Assembly (NCBI GenBank): GCA_043228905.1
Contig: JBHGNT010000020.1
Span: forward strand, 1,364,001-1,428,000
DNA length: 64,000 nucleotides
Source: Azolla caroliniana
Taxonomy: Eukaryota > Plantae > Polypodiophyta
Reading direction: 5' to 3'
The translations under genes were made by a program, and so were the position numbers. This document shows, in pieces, positions 1 through 13,304 of this stretch (the stretch's first letter is position 1; each line of letters starts with the position of its first letter). The notes beneath the pieces were generated by a model. It had not been told where the DNA came from. It saw only the letters and a program-made list of their open reading frames with translations, and did not search any database.

Positions 1-2590
1 GAATATTAAATTCACCGCTCTAGTAAGGAGATGACCAAGAAAATCCCAATAATGCAAATAGAAGCCAACACCTATTCCTTCTTTTCTTGTCCAAACATCC
101 TCACCTAAGGATTTGGCTGTAGGAAAAACCTCTTGACATGTAAATGGTTCCAATAAATGAGATGCCATTATATATGTAACCTTCTGTTGAGCAATTGCAA
201 GGACAAATTGTTTCTTGTAATTTAAGACTATCTGTTGTAAAAGATTTAGCAGACAATAGCCGATGATAATAATCCGAGACTATACATCACATCTCATAGT
301 CATTTCATGTATAGGATCCATCAAGTAGCTTCAAAGATGTAATAGAAAGAGGTCTATTTCTTCACTTAAATTGATTGAAGAATTCCTTATTGACCCAATC
401 TTGCCTTGCAACCAACGAGTAGCATTACGATAGTAAAAGAACATTGAGCGTGCCTCCTGTTTTTCTTTTAAACTTCTTTTTACTTGCTACAAATCACAAC
501 GTAGCATAGATGTAGTTGGATACCTTTCCAACAGTTGTTGTAGTGCTACAAGAGCACAACGTAGGTTTGCAATTTCTGAATTGTAGTGATAAACAAACTC
601 TGAAACTATTTTTGTGAAGAGAATCTTTGTATCAAGTATGACATGAACCATATTACCAAGTAAACAATCATTTGAGAAGTTGTAATTCGACCATAGCTTA
701 GTGATTGACATCCGATGACTATCATAAGAATCTGATAACAATGAAGGAGGAATATGCAACTGCTTAGAATATCACCTCTTAGTAAATGTAACATTTAACT
801 TCGAAGGGTCATTGTCAGAGATAGCTAAACCCGGGATAATTCCGAGGGATCCACCCGCATCCCAAAAAACACCACTAGCATAAAATCTATCTAGTGGAGA
901 AAAATTTGCAGCAACCACACTACCATCTGATCTAGAAAACTGAAGGGATCCTTGTATATGTGAAAATGAATGCACCTTCCATAAATCAAGCAAACCAAAT
1001 GCAAAATAGAAGGAGTCCCAACACTTAGCTTCCTATCCTGAAATTGTGGTTGTTATACCTCCCACTCTATCGGTAACATCCTCAATCATATTAAAATTAC
1101 CTCCCACCAACCACCAATCCGCCAAACCCGTACCATAAACCTGCCCTCTCCGATGCAGAATTAGCGGCATAGAGATTCATGAGGCCAATCTTCTAGGATC
1201 CTATTTTTACAATAAGGAATTGTGCCCTCTTATTCGTAATAGTACCCGTTGACATGATAATAGACTGCAAATGTTGTCTAAGAGCAATGCATAATCCCGC
1301 CTGGCACCCATTGGGACCAAAGGCAAGAACCCAAAAATGAATCCACCGTCTTGGTAAAATGGGGTCATACTTCCAAATCCTATCCATGCATAGGTGATGC
1401 TCTTGCAGAAAAAGAATATCAATAATACCATATTAGAAGCGCCTAAATCTGATCGTAAAAGTCCTTTAAATCTGCGAAAAGCTTGAGCACCCAAGCTTTG
1501 CACATTCTAGGAAAGAAGATGTAAGGTGCCCATATTACACAGGTTTTAGCGATGTCCTTTTCTCAAGAAGAGCATCTTGGCAACCTTTCTGGGCACCCTC
1601 CTAAGCTCTCGCTTGCCTTCTTAAAAACAAATCCTTCCCTGCATTCTTATGCACCCTATGTTCCTTAACCTGCTTTTGAGAGGTCTGAATTGTCAAAGGA
1701 TCTTGTGAAACTGTGAATTGAAATCTAGCACAAGGGAAATTATCTACACCCTGAGCCATTTCAACACCAATAATATCTGGTTGACCAAAAAGAGGTTTTC
1801 CTTTGAGCTTATCGAAAGGAATCAAATTAACAAAGACATTGAACTATTGATTTGCATCAATTCCCATAATATTTGACGCATTTCCACAATCATAGTATCT
1901 TGTTGAGTAGAAGCAATCTTTCCTTTTAATTTATTAGAAGAAGTCAAATTAATAGACGTGATCAACTGTTGATTCTCAACAATTTTCAAGGGCGGCTGGC
2001 CTACTACCAACATCGAAAAGGACTTAGGAAATTGAGTGGAATGCAAGTCCATCTTTTATGAGGAAGAACTTGAATGAGTCTTTGTTGAGAAAGGTAGGAT
2101 GATGATTGTTCCAAAGTATTCACCTCATGTGAACCGTCCTCTTCTACATAAAGAGCAATATACTTATTCTGGAAGGTTGGAAATTCCTTCAGATTATTAA
2201 TTGACACATGTTGAGGCTTGTTAGGAGATACATGTGAAGATGTCTTCCTATGCCCCACCTCAGTCCAACCATTAGATCTATCTTGATACATGTGAATCCA
2301 CTTGTGGAAGGAAACCCATCCTCCCTTGACTGTCGTTGCTTTCTTCTCTGGTAAGATCGGTACCATGTGTTCCAGCTTGAACCCCACCTGATAGTAATTT
2401 CAACCAAGCATCTGTACATCTATAAAGTTGTCAACATCTTGTTTCAAAGTGGCTTGCAATAGTAAATGAAGATCAACACGCCTAGGACGAATGCCCAAAA
2501 CATGCACAATGACAATCCTCTTCTCTAGACGCTGAATCTCTCTTACGATATGTGTTCGATCTTGTTCCAACAACAAAAGCTCTACTACGT
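1..2590 (-). mobile_element. Degenerate L1-like LINE (ORF1 remnant plus APE endonuclease and linker of ORF2)
   Basis: Minus-strand motifs across frameshifts: ILFLQEHHL (~1390-1420), WWLVGGNFNMIED (~1080-1120), LDRFY and ISDNDP (772-993 ORF). A plant-LINE ORF1-like stretch IVIVHVLGIRP...DVQMLG*NYYQVGF...GWVSFHKW lies at ~2290-2590. It runs off the left edge. Confidence 0.75.
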
Positions 2591-3131
2591 TGTCCGAAAT
2601 AGGTGGGATGTCCGGGTTAGTTGCACGAGAGCCCCGATTAGACTGTTCACGATTGCGCAACAGTTGCTCCTGATTCACAGCTGTATCGATGAAGGCCGGT
2701 GTAGCGGTTTTCCGCGAGTATGTGTTGAAACAAGCAGGACCACGGGGGTCTTGAACCAAGGAGTTAGAGGGAGTAGGACGGTGTGCCTGGTTGGTTACTG
2801 GAAGCCGGACAAGGAGTGTATAGGTTCGCAGAAGACACCGTGTCACGCAATTCATAGGTAGAGCGGGAAAATAGATACGAAGAAATAGAAATAGATATGA
2901 AAACCCGAAACGAGAAGAGATTGACCCGAACAATGGAAACGAATAGATTAAGGTAAGCAGAATACAACCGGGCTCGGCCGGTAGTCGAGCCGTTCACTCT
3001 ACGAAACACAACCCCACCCACACATGCACACAAATAGATCAAGGAACCTCTGGTCAGGAGGTCACAGGCTTCCTGCGCGAACAGAGGCTTCCTTAGAGAA
3101 TCATACACAAGATAGAGGGCGAGTGAGTGAG

Positions 3132-3175
<44 letters not shown>

Positions 3176-3608
3176 CAACCCACAAACCGACAACACTTCG
3201 TCCTCCCCTAAAATGCAGATCCCCAAAGCAGGCTCAAGCCTGCCCTTTTATAGCACAAGGGGAGACCGTTACATTGTGATCGTTGTAAGAGATCCCCCCC
3301 TCCCCCCCTCCCCCCCCTCTTTTCATTTCTTTCTGTATGTGTGGGACTTTAAAGTACCCCCTTTAATTCCTACCACCTAGTACTTACTAGTCCTAATGCT
3401 ATTTACATTATGTTTGTACATAATACTTGATTTGTGTGCATCGGTTCACACACCTATTTGTGTGCACTAGGCTCCGTTTCTCTTAATGGACGGAATCCTT
3501 CACGACAAGGGGGTGATGGAAGACCCAGGAAGATTGGTCGCGACAACCGAGCTGGCTGTGACAGGCAGGTTGATGGAGGCAAATGTCTTGTTCACAGCTA
3601 CTGTGACA
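2591..3608 (-). mobile_element. LTR-like fragment between the LINE and a Copia RT fragment
   Basis: Starts TG and ends CA, with (GA)n at ~3134-3172 and a minus-strand TATA (CTATAAAA, ~3246). The two flanks belong to different elements and there is no TSD, so boundaries are approximate. Confidence 0.45.
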
Positions 3609-5850
3609 AAAACAACATGTACACAGTTTCCTCAAGGTCACCTAAGAGGAAAACATTCTTCACATACATTTGGTGAATATGCCACCCCTTTGCTACTACG
3701 ATAGCCAGAACCACACGGACCGTCGTCATCTTTGTAACAGGCGCAAAGGTCTCATCATAATTGATTCCGTGGGTCTGTGCATACCCTTTAGCGACCATCC
3801 TGGCTTTGTACCTGTTAACCGAACCGTCAACATTGTACTTGATTTTATAGATCCACATGCATCTAATCTGTTTGGAATGTTTGGATGGGTCAACTAGGTC
3901 CCACATGTTGTTTGCGGCTAACACCTGCATTTCTTCCTCCATGGCTTCTTGCCACTTGGCATCCTTTGACGCTTCTGCGAAGCTTTCCTGATCATGTATT
4001 GACGCCACCTTCATCATGTATGCATAATGATGTGCCATGTACTCATTAAATTCGTAGCGGATTACAAGGTTCTTATGACATGTCGATCGACGAATTTTCT
4101 CAATCACAGTCTTTATGGCCCTTCTGGCCAATTCGGTCCTCAGTTCTAAAGGTCCGTTGTCACTTCCCAACTGACTGTCTGATTCACTTTGATAAGAGAC
4201 CTCTTCATTGTGACCGTGTTGAACCATCTTCAACTTTCTTTATCATGACATGATAACCTCTTCTTAGGTGAAACCACAATCGATTCCTCTTCACTCATCA
4301 GTTGGTCATGTTGGCTCAACTCTTCTTGCAGCCCACTCAGCAAAAACGAGATCAGACTTACTCCCCGAAGTCCGAAGTCCGCCTCAAGCGAGCCAACTAC
4401 ATTGTCCTCATCATTAGAATATGGCTCTAATTGCTCTAGAGTGACACCAGCCAGGGCTGAGTACCATGAGGTTTCTTCATCAAAGACATTCCGACTTACG
4501 TGTACCTCTCGAGTTTTGGGGTTATAGCACTTATACCCTTTCTGTGCATGTGAATAGCCGACTAGTATGCACTTTTCGGCTTTTGCATCGAGATTTTTCC
4601 TTTTCTCTTTTGGCACATGCACATATGCAATGTTGTTGGAGAACCTTATGTGCGCCATATTTGGCTTGCGCCCGAAGTATAGCTCATGTGGAGTCAGACA
4701 TGCTCCCCCTGTTGGTGTCCGATTGAGCAAATAGACGACACTGCTAACAACTTCAGCCCAATATCGGTCGCATCGAGATTTTTCCTTTTCCCTTTTGGCA
4801 CATGCACATATGCAATGTTGCCTAAGAACCTTATGTGTGCCATATTTGGCTTGCGCCCGAAGTATAGCTCATGTGGAGTCACACATGCTCCCCCTGTTGG
4901 TGTCTGATTGAGCAAATAGACGACATTGCTAACAACTTCGGCCCAATATTGGTAACGGAGACAAAATATCGGTTCCCTTCAAAGCTTATGTTATGTACAA
5001 GTTCCCAGACGTTTGAATGGATCAAGTCGAGCTTGTTGTTGCTCCGATTGTGCCCATTGGGAAATGGGAGGTGATGCTACTTTCCAAGCTGGCATGCTTC
5101 ACAAGTTCTGCCCTTGTAGTCACTAAATTTCGGCAGACTGAATACAATTTGCTTTGATTGCATGTCTCGAAGTTTCAAGAAGTTGATGTGACCGAACCAC
5201 TTGTGTCATAATTCTATATCCGATTCAACTTTTTGTCCCCTGGCGTACCTAGTGGAGTTGACAACATTGGTGTCCAATATGAACACCCAACCCTCTTTGC
5301 GTCCTTGTGAAATCATATGATCATTGTCTTCAATGAAGCATATGTCCTAATTGAATCATACTTACATTCCTTAGTCGAATTTCTGTCCAACGAACACCAA
5401 ATTCTTTGTTATTGTTGGCACATGGAAGACGTTCTTCATACATCCTCTTTGGCCGACGTGGCTTAGAGGGACATCTATGATGTGCTCAATTGTGTGGACG
5501 GTGTCGTCATCGGTTTCCACCAACTCGGGCTGCCCGGGCTTCTTCGAAGTCGTGAACCATTCTTCATGGTTCATCATATGGTTAGAAACTCGTGAGTCGA
5601 CGAACCACGCCTCTCCCTATGTTGAGGTGCTTGCTTCAATTTAATTGGCATGATGCTTCATGAAGAACACGGGGTCGCCTCTCGATCGTCCCATGTTACA
5701 GACTAAGTGCAACTTTTGTCAGCCACTGGTTTTAGTTTTGCTCGAATTGGCCTATTTTTTCCAACACTCATCTTCCTTGTGGGCCTTCTTGCCACAATAC
5801 CAACAATCAATTGTCTTGTTATGATGGCTCCCGAAATCACTTTGACTCCC
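3609..5850 (-). mobile_element. Degenerate Ty1/Copia internal fragment (Gag knuckle, protease, integrase, RT N-terminus)
   Basis: CWYCGKKAHKEDECWKK (~5755-5810), WFVDSRVSNHM (~5575-5610), AYVHVPKEKRKNLDAKAEKCILVGY, YKARMVAKGYAQTHGINYDETFAPV...GDLEETVYM. Many stops and deletions. Confidence 0.9.
4585..4954. repeat. 185-bp tandem duplication inside the Copia integrase remnant
   Basis: GCATCGAGATTTTTCC begins at 4585 and again at 4770; the two copies are slightly diverged. Confidence 0.9.
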
Positions 5851-5999
5851 CGTAAAGATTATGTGAGAAAGCTAAGACAAAACACACCCGGCTTAGCTAG
5901 ATAGCAATAAAGAAAACACAGAAAAAATGGAGATACACAGAACACATGAGAGACAGAGAGAGCAAAAGACTCAAGAAGCTCTATTAAAAAATACTACGC

Positions 6000-7167
6000 T
6001 GTCGTGAAGATCCGTCACTACGCGCGGATCGTGAGGCGGAACCGCCGGGGTTCTGGACCGGAAGGTCTCGAAGTTGTCACAAGCTTTAGCGGGAAAGGAA
6101 TTAAGATAGATTGAAAGAGAGAGATTGAGATAAGATAGAACGCTTGATTTTATATTGAGAGAGAGATTAAGAACTCTTGACTTTAGATTTCAAGAACAAG
6201 GTATATCATCCAAAGGATAACGAATTTTCTTCTTAATATTAATTTTGATTTAAAGTACAAATTTTTTTACTATCAAAGAATCCCCCATTGATCTTTTTCA
6301 TTCCCTCTTTTATAGATGCTCTCATGCATTTAAGGGTTCAAGACATGCATAAAATGCATGTTTGCCATTTGGTGCTCATGTATTACATGTGGTGCATGAT
6401 AACCATGTCATCATTTTAGCTCTCATGCATGAGAATTTATATGTAAAAGTAAAATGATAGAAATATAAATTCAACTAAATGTCATGGCTTAGTGGTAAGC
6501 CTATTGACTCTTAACTAGGAGGTGCAAGGTTTGAATCCTCACTTGCCCTCCTTGTATATATATATGTGATATTTATTTATTAATTTTGTCGCCAGCTTGC
6601 CGGATGTCGGTCGCTACCGGTTGTCAGTTACCGTCGATCGTCGGCCCGTCGGATGCCGGTTCCACCGGCTCGCCTTCTCCGTCTCTGTTGGATCACTGGT
6701 TGCCTCTGTCGGATCACTGGTTGCCGGTGTGCCACCGTCGCTTTGCTGGCTGCCGCCGGATCACCGGCTCTATCGCTGGTCTGGTTTTGGTTGGCCAAAA
6801 CCTTTACAAGTAGCTAGGCCACCTCCACTCTTAGTTCAAGTTACCTTGAACTCTCTATGCTCCACACATAGACACAAAGATAATAACTTTTACTCCACCT
6901 TATATATGGTGAGAGCCTTATTCGTCCTGTCTATGTGGGATATCTCATAATTTTCTCTTTTTCTTTCGCAACTTTTTACCCACATAAAGTTGACACTTAG
7001 ATGTCTGTTTCTTATGTAGTAAAGTGCACCTCTTCAAGATCTTCATCTTTTATACTAAGATATTAAACTTAGAATTAGTATATTCACTATTATTGTTTTA
7101 TATGATTGACACTTGATTTTGTACGTTTTATGTGATTTTCACACCATTGCCGAAAATCTTCATGACA
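6000..7167 (-). mobile_element. Solo LTR (or TIR element) with 12-bp terminal inverted repeat and 4-bp TSD ACGC
   Basis: TGTCGTGAAGAT...ATCTTCATGACA termini; ACGC at 5996-5999 and 7168-7171. The minus-strand start TGTCATGAAGATTTTCG matches the LTR start at 58794 (TGTCGTGAAGATTTTCG). Confidence 0.8.
6478..6548 (+). pseudogene. tRNA-derived (Lys-CTT-like) relic with pol III A and B boxes
   Basis: A-box TGGCTTAGTGG (6485-6495), D-stem GCTT/AAGC, CT-CTT-AA loop, B-box-like GGTTTGAATCC (6528-6538). Anticodon and acceptor stems pair poorly, so it is not a functional tRNA. Confidence 0.5.
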
Positions 7168-8099
7168 ACGCTTTGTAAACATAAATGTGATCAGAGAGCA
7201 CTTTTATACAAGCCTTGACAGCGGGTTGACACAAGTATTGTCAATACTTTAATGCTCACTTAAGAGTGTTTGACACTAACTCCTAAAGTTATTCTTGCCT
7301 ACTGCCATGAGAGTGTAGGCCTCTAACGGCCTGCTAGCTCCCCGCTGATCTAGCTTACCGATCCGGCCCATGTTGAGCTTGCTTCTCAACATTCCCCCTT
7401 AAGCATAACTTGAGGTTCCTCCTGCTTTGCCAGTTCTATCTTTCGGCTCCTCTTGGTGTCTTCAAGCCTTGTTCGCACTCCTCGTCCGGTTCGGTCCCGC
7501 GTTCCATGACCCCTTCAGTTTAACGCTTCTTGACCCATCCGACTCCGCGCTCCTCAAACCTTACGGTTGGCTTGTCCGCCCTTTAGGCCCTCCTCAGCTC
7601 CCTCACTATTGCGACATTGGCGCCCCTTGACCCGTCGGCCCTTTTGTTTCGGTGTCGGCTTCGACCGTCCTCTCGTTCGCCTGACCTTCATATGATTCCG
7701 CTCTCCCGAATCAAACTGCTCGACCGAATCAACTATCTCTAATTCATATTTTGTCTTTCCTTTGACCACATCCGCCCTTGTCCTGGTCCTAGCCTTCTTC
7801 TTTTGGTCGGCTCTGTCCTTCTTGACTCTATCGCTTCCACTGGCTCTTTTGGATGTTTTGACTTCATCAGTCGATTCAACATCTTCTTCAACTCTCTCCT
7901 TAACATCGGCTTTAACCAATTGGTTGCTTTTGTTCTCCTCTCCATCTGTTCCACCTGTTGTTCTCCCCCTCAAGTTAGCACATCGAGCTGCTATAGCCCA
8001 AACATTTCCGAAAATGCTGCAACTTGTCCAATCCGAGCGCCTTGGTGAAAATGTCGGCAACCTGCTGATTGGTGTGAACATACCGGAGTTCGACTTTGT

Positions 8100-8870
8100 T
8101 GACAATAAACCTCAACCTAGTCTAGTGTGTGAACACACCCTTTGAGAATCTATGAGCACTCAAAGGTCAAAAGTCACCACTACTCTTTACACATTAACTA
8201 TTTGTCATAGAATCATATTCTATGACGCATAACTAATGAGTTCTATATTCCCCATGACTAATGAGTCTTCACATTCCCCAAGGTTCTAGAGAGAAAGTGG
8301 GCATTGTAGTGAGTTAATGAAGAGAGAGGGAAACCTTATATAAAGCACCCTCCTCCCTACTTCATATAGTGTCGGTTGTTGCTCCTTGTAATGCTACATT
8401 TTTGTACATCATATTCTCCTTGTTAATATACATCTTATTGAGTACTTCATTTCTTTATCTATCTTCTATTTCTCTCGTCTCCTCTCCTCTTTCTACAAAC
8501 TCACACACACATAATGTTATCGGCCTAGGATAAGACGGTGTCGAACATCTGCTCCTTTGGTGATTCGACTCAAGGTCGTGTGGTCAAGGATAAAGGGAAG
8601 TACGCTTCGCTATGAACTTGTTCGAGGATTTCCACTACAAAACTTTATGCACGAATCGAACTGAGACTGTGTGATTGTGGAGATGACAAGCCGGTTACAA
8701 CTGACTGTATACACATGATTACGTAGAACACGAACTCAACACCATTGAAGGACAACACAATACTCAGAGTATCGCAGACAACAGAATTCTATTAAGCGCA
8801 ATGATACATAGAAATTCAATTAGCTTTACAAGCTTTCCATGGCCCTTTATATAGGGTCATGGATGATTCT
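8100..8870. mobile_element. LTR-like fragments
   Basis: TG...CA segment ~8100-8699 with plus-strand TATATAAA (~8337) and pyrimidine-rich R/U5-like sequence, then a short fragment with a minus-strand TATA (~8846). No TSD. Confidence 0.4.
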
Positions 8871-11800
8871 ATTCGTGAACCATTACGACTATTCAATTTT
8901 TTTTCTATTTTTATGACTGTCTATTTCTTGCCTAATAATTACTCGGCCCTACCCGTTCCTTTTACTCTTTGTAAACATCTTTTGTCCTTCCTACACTTGG
9001 ACGTCCGACCCAGCCAACACGTAACACACATCTCTTCCGCTGCACAGAATCATATCCGTTTCTTTACATGGTATTAGAGCGATTTGGCAGCTCGATATAG
9101 CCCATCAAAGTGTGTTGTGTTCTACGCTGACGTTTAAGAAGAACCGACTCATTGCTATCATAGAAACAAATTTGCATCTTGGGAGTACAAGATGCACCAA
9201 TACCTTGTCGGCCAAGGATATTAAAGCTACATCAAAGGAGCACAAGAAAATCGACCCGACCCAACGACTCCTGAATACTCAACATGGGAGCAAGCCGCAA
9301 GCCGCAAGCCAAGTGATGTATTGGTCGGAGAGATGTGTCCATGACCACATGCTTGGCTACATTCGAGAAGCCAAGCCACCGAAGGAAGTGTGGGAGAATC
9401 TAAGGAAGATTTTTGTAGCTAACACAACCGCAAGAAAGCTTAAACTCCGCCAAGTGTTGAACAACATCCAACAAAGGGACATGTCCATCACAAGCTACAC
9501 CTTGAAGATCAAGGAGCTTTGTGATTAGCTTGGCTCAATAAGCGTCAACATGGAGGATGATGAGATGGTGCAAATATGTCTCGGCGGCCTCACACCATGG
9601 TTCGGCGCAATGAGAACCATCGTTCTAGCAAGGGAGAATCCTCCCTCTTTGTTCGATCTTCAATCAATGTTGTTGGTTGAAGAAAACCATGTTAAAACAA
9701 GGAGCAACGCCTTGAAATGCCACATGCTCTACACACACTCGGACGGAGGAAGAGGACGCGATTGAGCAAGAAGAGACCGATTCAGCCAAGGACGAGGCGG
9801 ACGAGGTTCGACCTATGAAAATAACTCCCAATTTTGGCAAAAAAACAGAAACAATAGAGGAACGTTCGGAAGAAGGGGGAGCTTCCATGCCGGTCCAAGC
9901 TGACAATACTCAATTGAATGCAGATATTGCGGCAAGATCGGTCACCACGAAGAACAATGCTGAAAGAAGAAGCGTGAGTCAGATTCACACAAGCCGACAA
10001 CTCACCAATTACGCCACCAACTCCAACTATGAATATACCATGGCGGAATGTTCATGATGAGACACGGAGAAAACTTTATGTTTTCTTCTACTTCGACTAG
10101 TGCCTCAAGTTCGGAAAACGTACGGTTCGTCGACTTTAGTGCTTCGAATCATATGACATCTCATGAAGAATTGTTTCGAGACTTACAAGAGCCGCATAGA
10201 CCCGACTATGTCGAGATCAGAGACGACACTACCCATCCAATTCGGAACATCGACAATGTACCATTCAGGAAAGAGGGCAACCAAACATACACTAATAATG
10301 TCTTGCATGTACCGACCATCATGAAGAATTTGGTCTTAGTCGGTCAAATTGTAGAGCAAGGCATGCAAGTCTGCTTCAACCAAGTTGGTTGCTTCATTGA
10401 GAAGGAAGGCTGACTCATCGCTTGCAGTCGAAGGGAAGGCTGAATGTTCATTCTCGATTTGTACGAGATGAAATCAGCCATGTATGCAAAAGGCACCAAA
10501 GCCGACACTGATATAGAGCTATGGCACAACAGAAATGGCCACATCAATCACAATAAACTCAAGGCAATGTAATCAAAAGTAGTTGTCATCAGGCTCCCGA
10601 CCTTCAAAGAGAAAAAGATTGAGGGCATATGTGCAGCCTACCAATTTGGCAAGCAATGCAGACACGCATTCCCGAAAGAGAGGAACATGAGCAAAGGCAT
10701 ATTGGATGCAATTCGTTCTGATGCATGGGGACCAACTCAGATGGCTACATTTGGCGGATGCCGATATTACGTGACCTTTATTTACGATTTCTACAAGCAC
10801 ACTTGGATCTTCCCCATGAGGCAAAAGAGCGAAGTGTTTGGACACTTCCAAGAATTTAAGAATGAAGTCAAGAAAGCCGTGAGAGCCGGGCATGTACGAT
10901 GACTTCGGTCAGATGGAGGCAATAAATACTTCTCTGATGCATTCATGATATACCTTCAACAAGAAGGAATCCAACGAGAATTTTCATGTCGACCAATAGA
11001 ACGGAGTGGACGAACGTAAAAATTGGCACATCCTCGAAGTAGCACGGGGCATGCTAAATGAGAAGCACATGCTGAAGTCATATTGAAGTAGCAAATATTG
11101 CCATCTACCTCATGAACTGGTGCACAACATCTAGTGTGCACAAACTTATCCTTCACAAGAAGTACTATGGGAAGAAGCTGGATCTTATCCCACATAAGGA
11201 TATTTGGCTCACTTGCATATGTACACATTCCCGATGAAAAGCGGCAAAAGCTAGATCCCAAGTCAGAGAAGTGTATCCTCGTAGGGTACTCACGAGAGCA
11301 AAAGGGGTACAAGTGCTTCAACCCCTCTAATCGGAAGGTTCGTGTAAGTCGGGATGTCTTCTTTGATGAATTAGCATCATGGTACGAACCTGAGCTGACT
11401 CCTCCCAAACTATTTCCAGTCGGCTTGAACTTGGCCAACCAAGAGATAGAAAATGAAGATCAACTAAGGCATATTTTTGAAGAAATTCCAATCACAACTA
11501 GGCTTAGTGGGCCACAAGAGACACCGAGCGACCAGAGCACATCTCTGGCAAGTCTAAAGATGGACAAAGGCAATGCCAAAATGCCGGAATATGAAGATGA
11601 TCAATTCAACGACAATCAATTGACTCACTCACTCGACAGTGAGTTTGGTGGCTTCGATGTACCCTTCATGAGGACACCTAGTGTAAAGAAAGCCATTGCC
11701 ACAACAAATGAGAAACTCTGTCGCTCCACCCGAGAAAAGAATCTGGTTAGCCAATTTGGCTACAATGACTATATGGCCTATCACTATGCCTTTATGATGA

Positions 11801-13114
11801 AGGTGGTAGCAATTCGAGCCAGAATTTTTTTCAGAAGCAGTCAAGAATCCACGATGGCCCGAAGCAATGAACGAGGAGATGCGGGCACTATGCAAGAATG
11901 AGACATGGGATCTCGTTCCCCACTCACCACACAAAAAGACAATCGGCTGCAGGTGGATTTACAAAGTGAAGTATAATGCCGACGGCTCTGTCAATCGCTA
12001 CAAAGCCCGACTCATTGAGAAAGGATACACACAAACACATTGAGTCGACTATGAAGAGACCTTTGCCCTGATGGCAAAGACCTTTACCTACGCAGGAACC
12101 GGAGGGAAAGAGAACCAAGAAGACAAAGGGAGCCGAGTTGACTGAAGAAGTCGGCACATCCGATAAAGTCGGAACAAACGGTGATGGTGGCAGAGTCAAG
12201 AAGGACAGAGCCAATCGGAAGGAGAAGGCCAAGACCCGGATGTGGTCTGACGTAGTGAAGGGCCTGAAGGTTGAAGAAGAATTGGAGACAACCAATTCTG
12301 ACAAGAGCTGGAACGAATCGGAGGCAGCCGATTCGCGAGAGGAGCTTGATTCGGAGGAGTTGAATCAACTGGAGGCCAAATGGGCAAGAAAGCAGCGGAA
12401 GTCGACACCGACACGGAGGAACCGACGGGTTGAGAAGCACCGAAGTCGCAATAACGAAGGAGTTGAGATGGGCCTCTTGAGAAGACATGCCGACCGAGGA
12501 GGTCGAGGAGTGCAAAAGCGGATGGATCGCAGAAGGAGGAACCAGATCGGACGAGGAGCACGAGTGAGGCAGGAGGACGCTAGAAGGAGACAGATGAAAG
12601 AACCAACTGCCCTAGACACTAACACCATGATCCGACCTCAAGTTGAGCTTGATGGGGAGTGTTGAGCGAGCAAGCTCAACCGGATCCGGATCGGCTAGAT
12701 AAGCCAAAGCCGGATCGTATTCGGATCGGTGTCTGGATAGTATCCGAAACCAAGAGCTGGATCAGAGAGCCGGACCCACGTGTGTACCGGTAGGACGTTT
12801 AGAGGTCTATGCTTCTAGACTACTAGGTAGTCATGGTCCTCGTAGTTAGTGTCAGCCGCTCGTATGAGCATTGAAGTACTTGTCAGTACTTCTGTCAGTT
12901 CGTATAAGGACTTATATAAAGAGTGCTCACTTAGCACATCCTATGTACAGAGTGTTACAGAGTATTACTTTTGAATATAGTTTTTGCTATTTTGTTCTCT
13001 TTGTCTCTCACACTCTCTATCTCTGTCTTCTAAGGTTTCCATTAAACCTGTACTCTCTCTATTGCTATCCGGCTGAATCAGTTTGTCATAAGCTTCTACA
13101 TATTAACTTCTACA
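8870..13114 (+). mobile_element. Degenerate, internally deleted Ty1/Copia element (probably chimeric)
   Basis: LTR end CTTTACA then PBS TGGTATTAGAGC (9069-9080, tRNA-iMet). Gag, CRYCGKIGHHEEQC, FVDFSASNHM, SDAWGP integrase and RT start follow. RT core and RNase H are deleted at ~12080. PPT and 3' LTR at 12660-13114. Confidence 0.85.
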
Positions 13115-13304
13115 TAAAGTGATGCTCATCCTCTATCTCTATGTGACATAAGTTACATAGCCTTTCCTCTCTAGGGCCCCATTAGCACTGTCATGACACA
13201 ACGATGTCAAATACGTAGTTAGTGAGGATTGAACCTACAACCTCAAAGCTACAAGATATCATGCTGAACCATTTTCCTGGTCTCTTACGTTTGTCTGTAT
13301 TACT

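Larger units (their letters stand above)
5851..8099 (-). mobile_element. 3' end of a Copia element: RNase H tail, charged 3' extension, PPT and 3' LTR (5851-7391, interrupted)
   Basis: VELRYVHTNQQVADIFTKALG at ~8030-8095. PPT AAGGGGGAA directly precedes TGTTGAG at 7391. The LTR resembles 12660-13114. Confidence 0.8.

Noticed and set aside
4585-4954. 185-bp duplication as a functional feature
   Set aside because: It breaks the frame within a dead integrase; ordinary decay.
6478-6548. Functional tRNA-Lys gene
   Set aside because: Acceptor and anticodon stems do not pair and the T-loop reads TTTGA.
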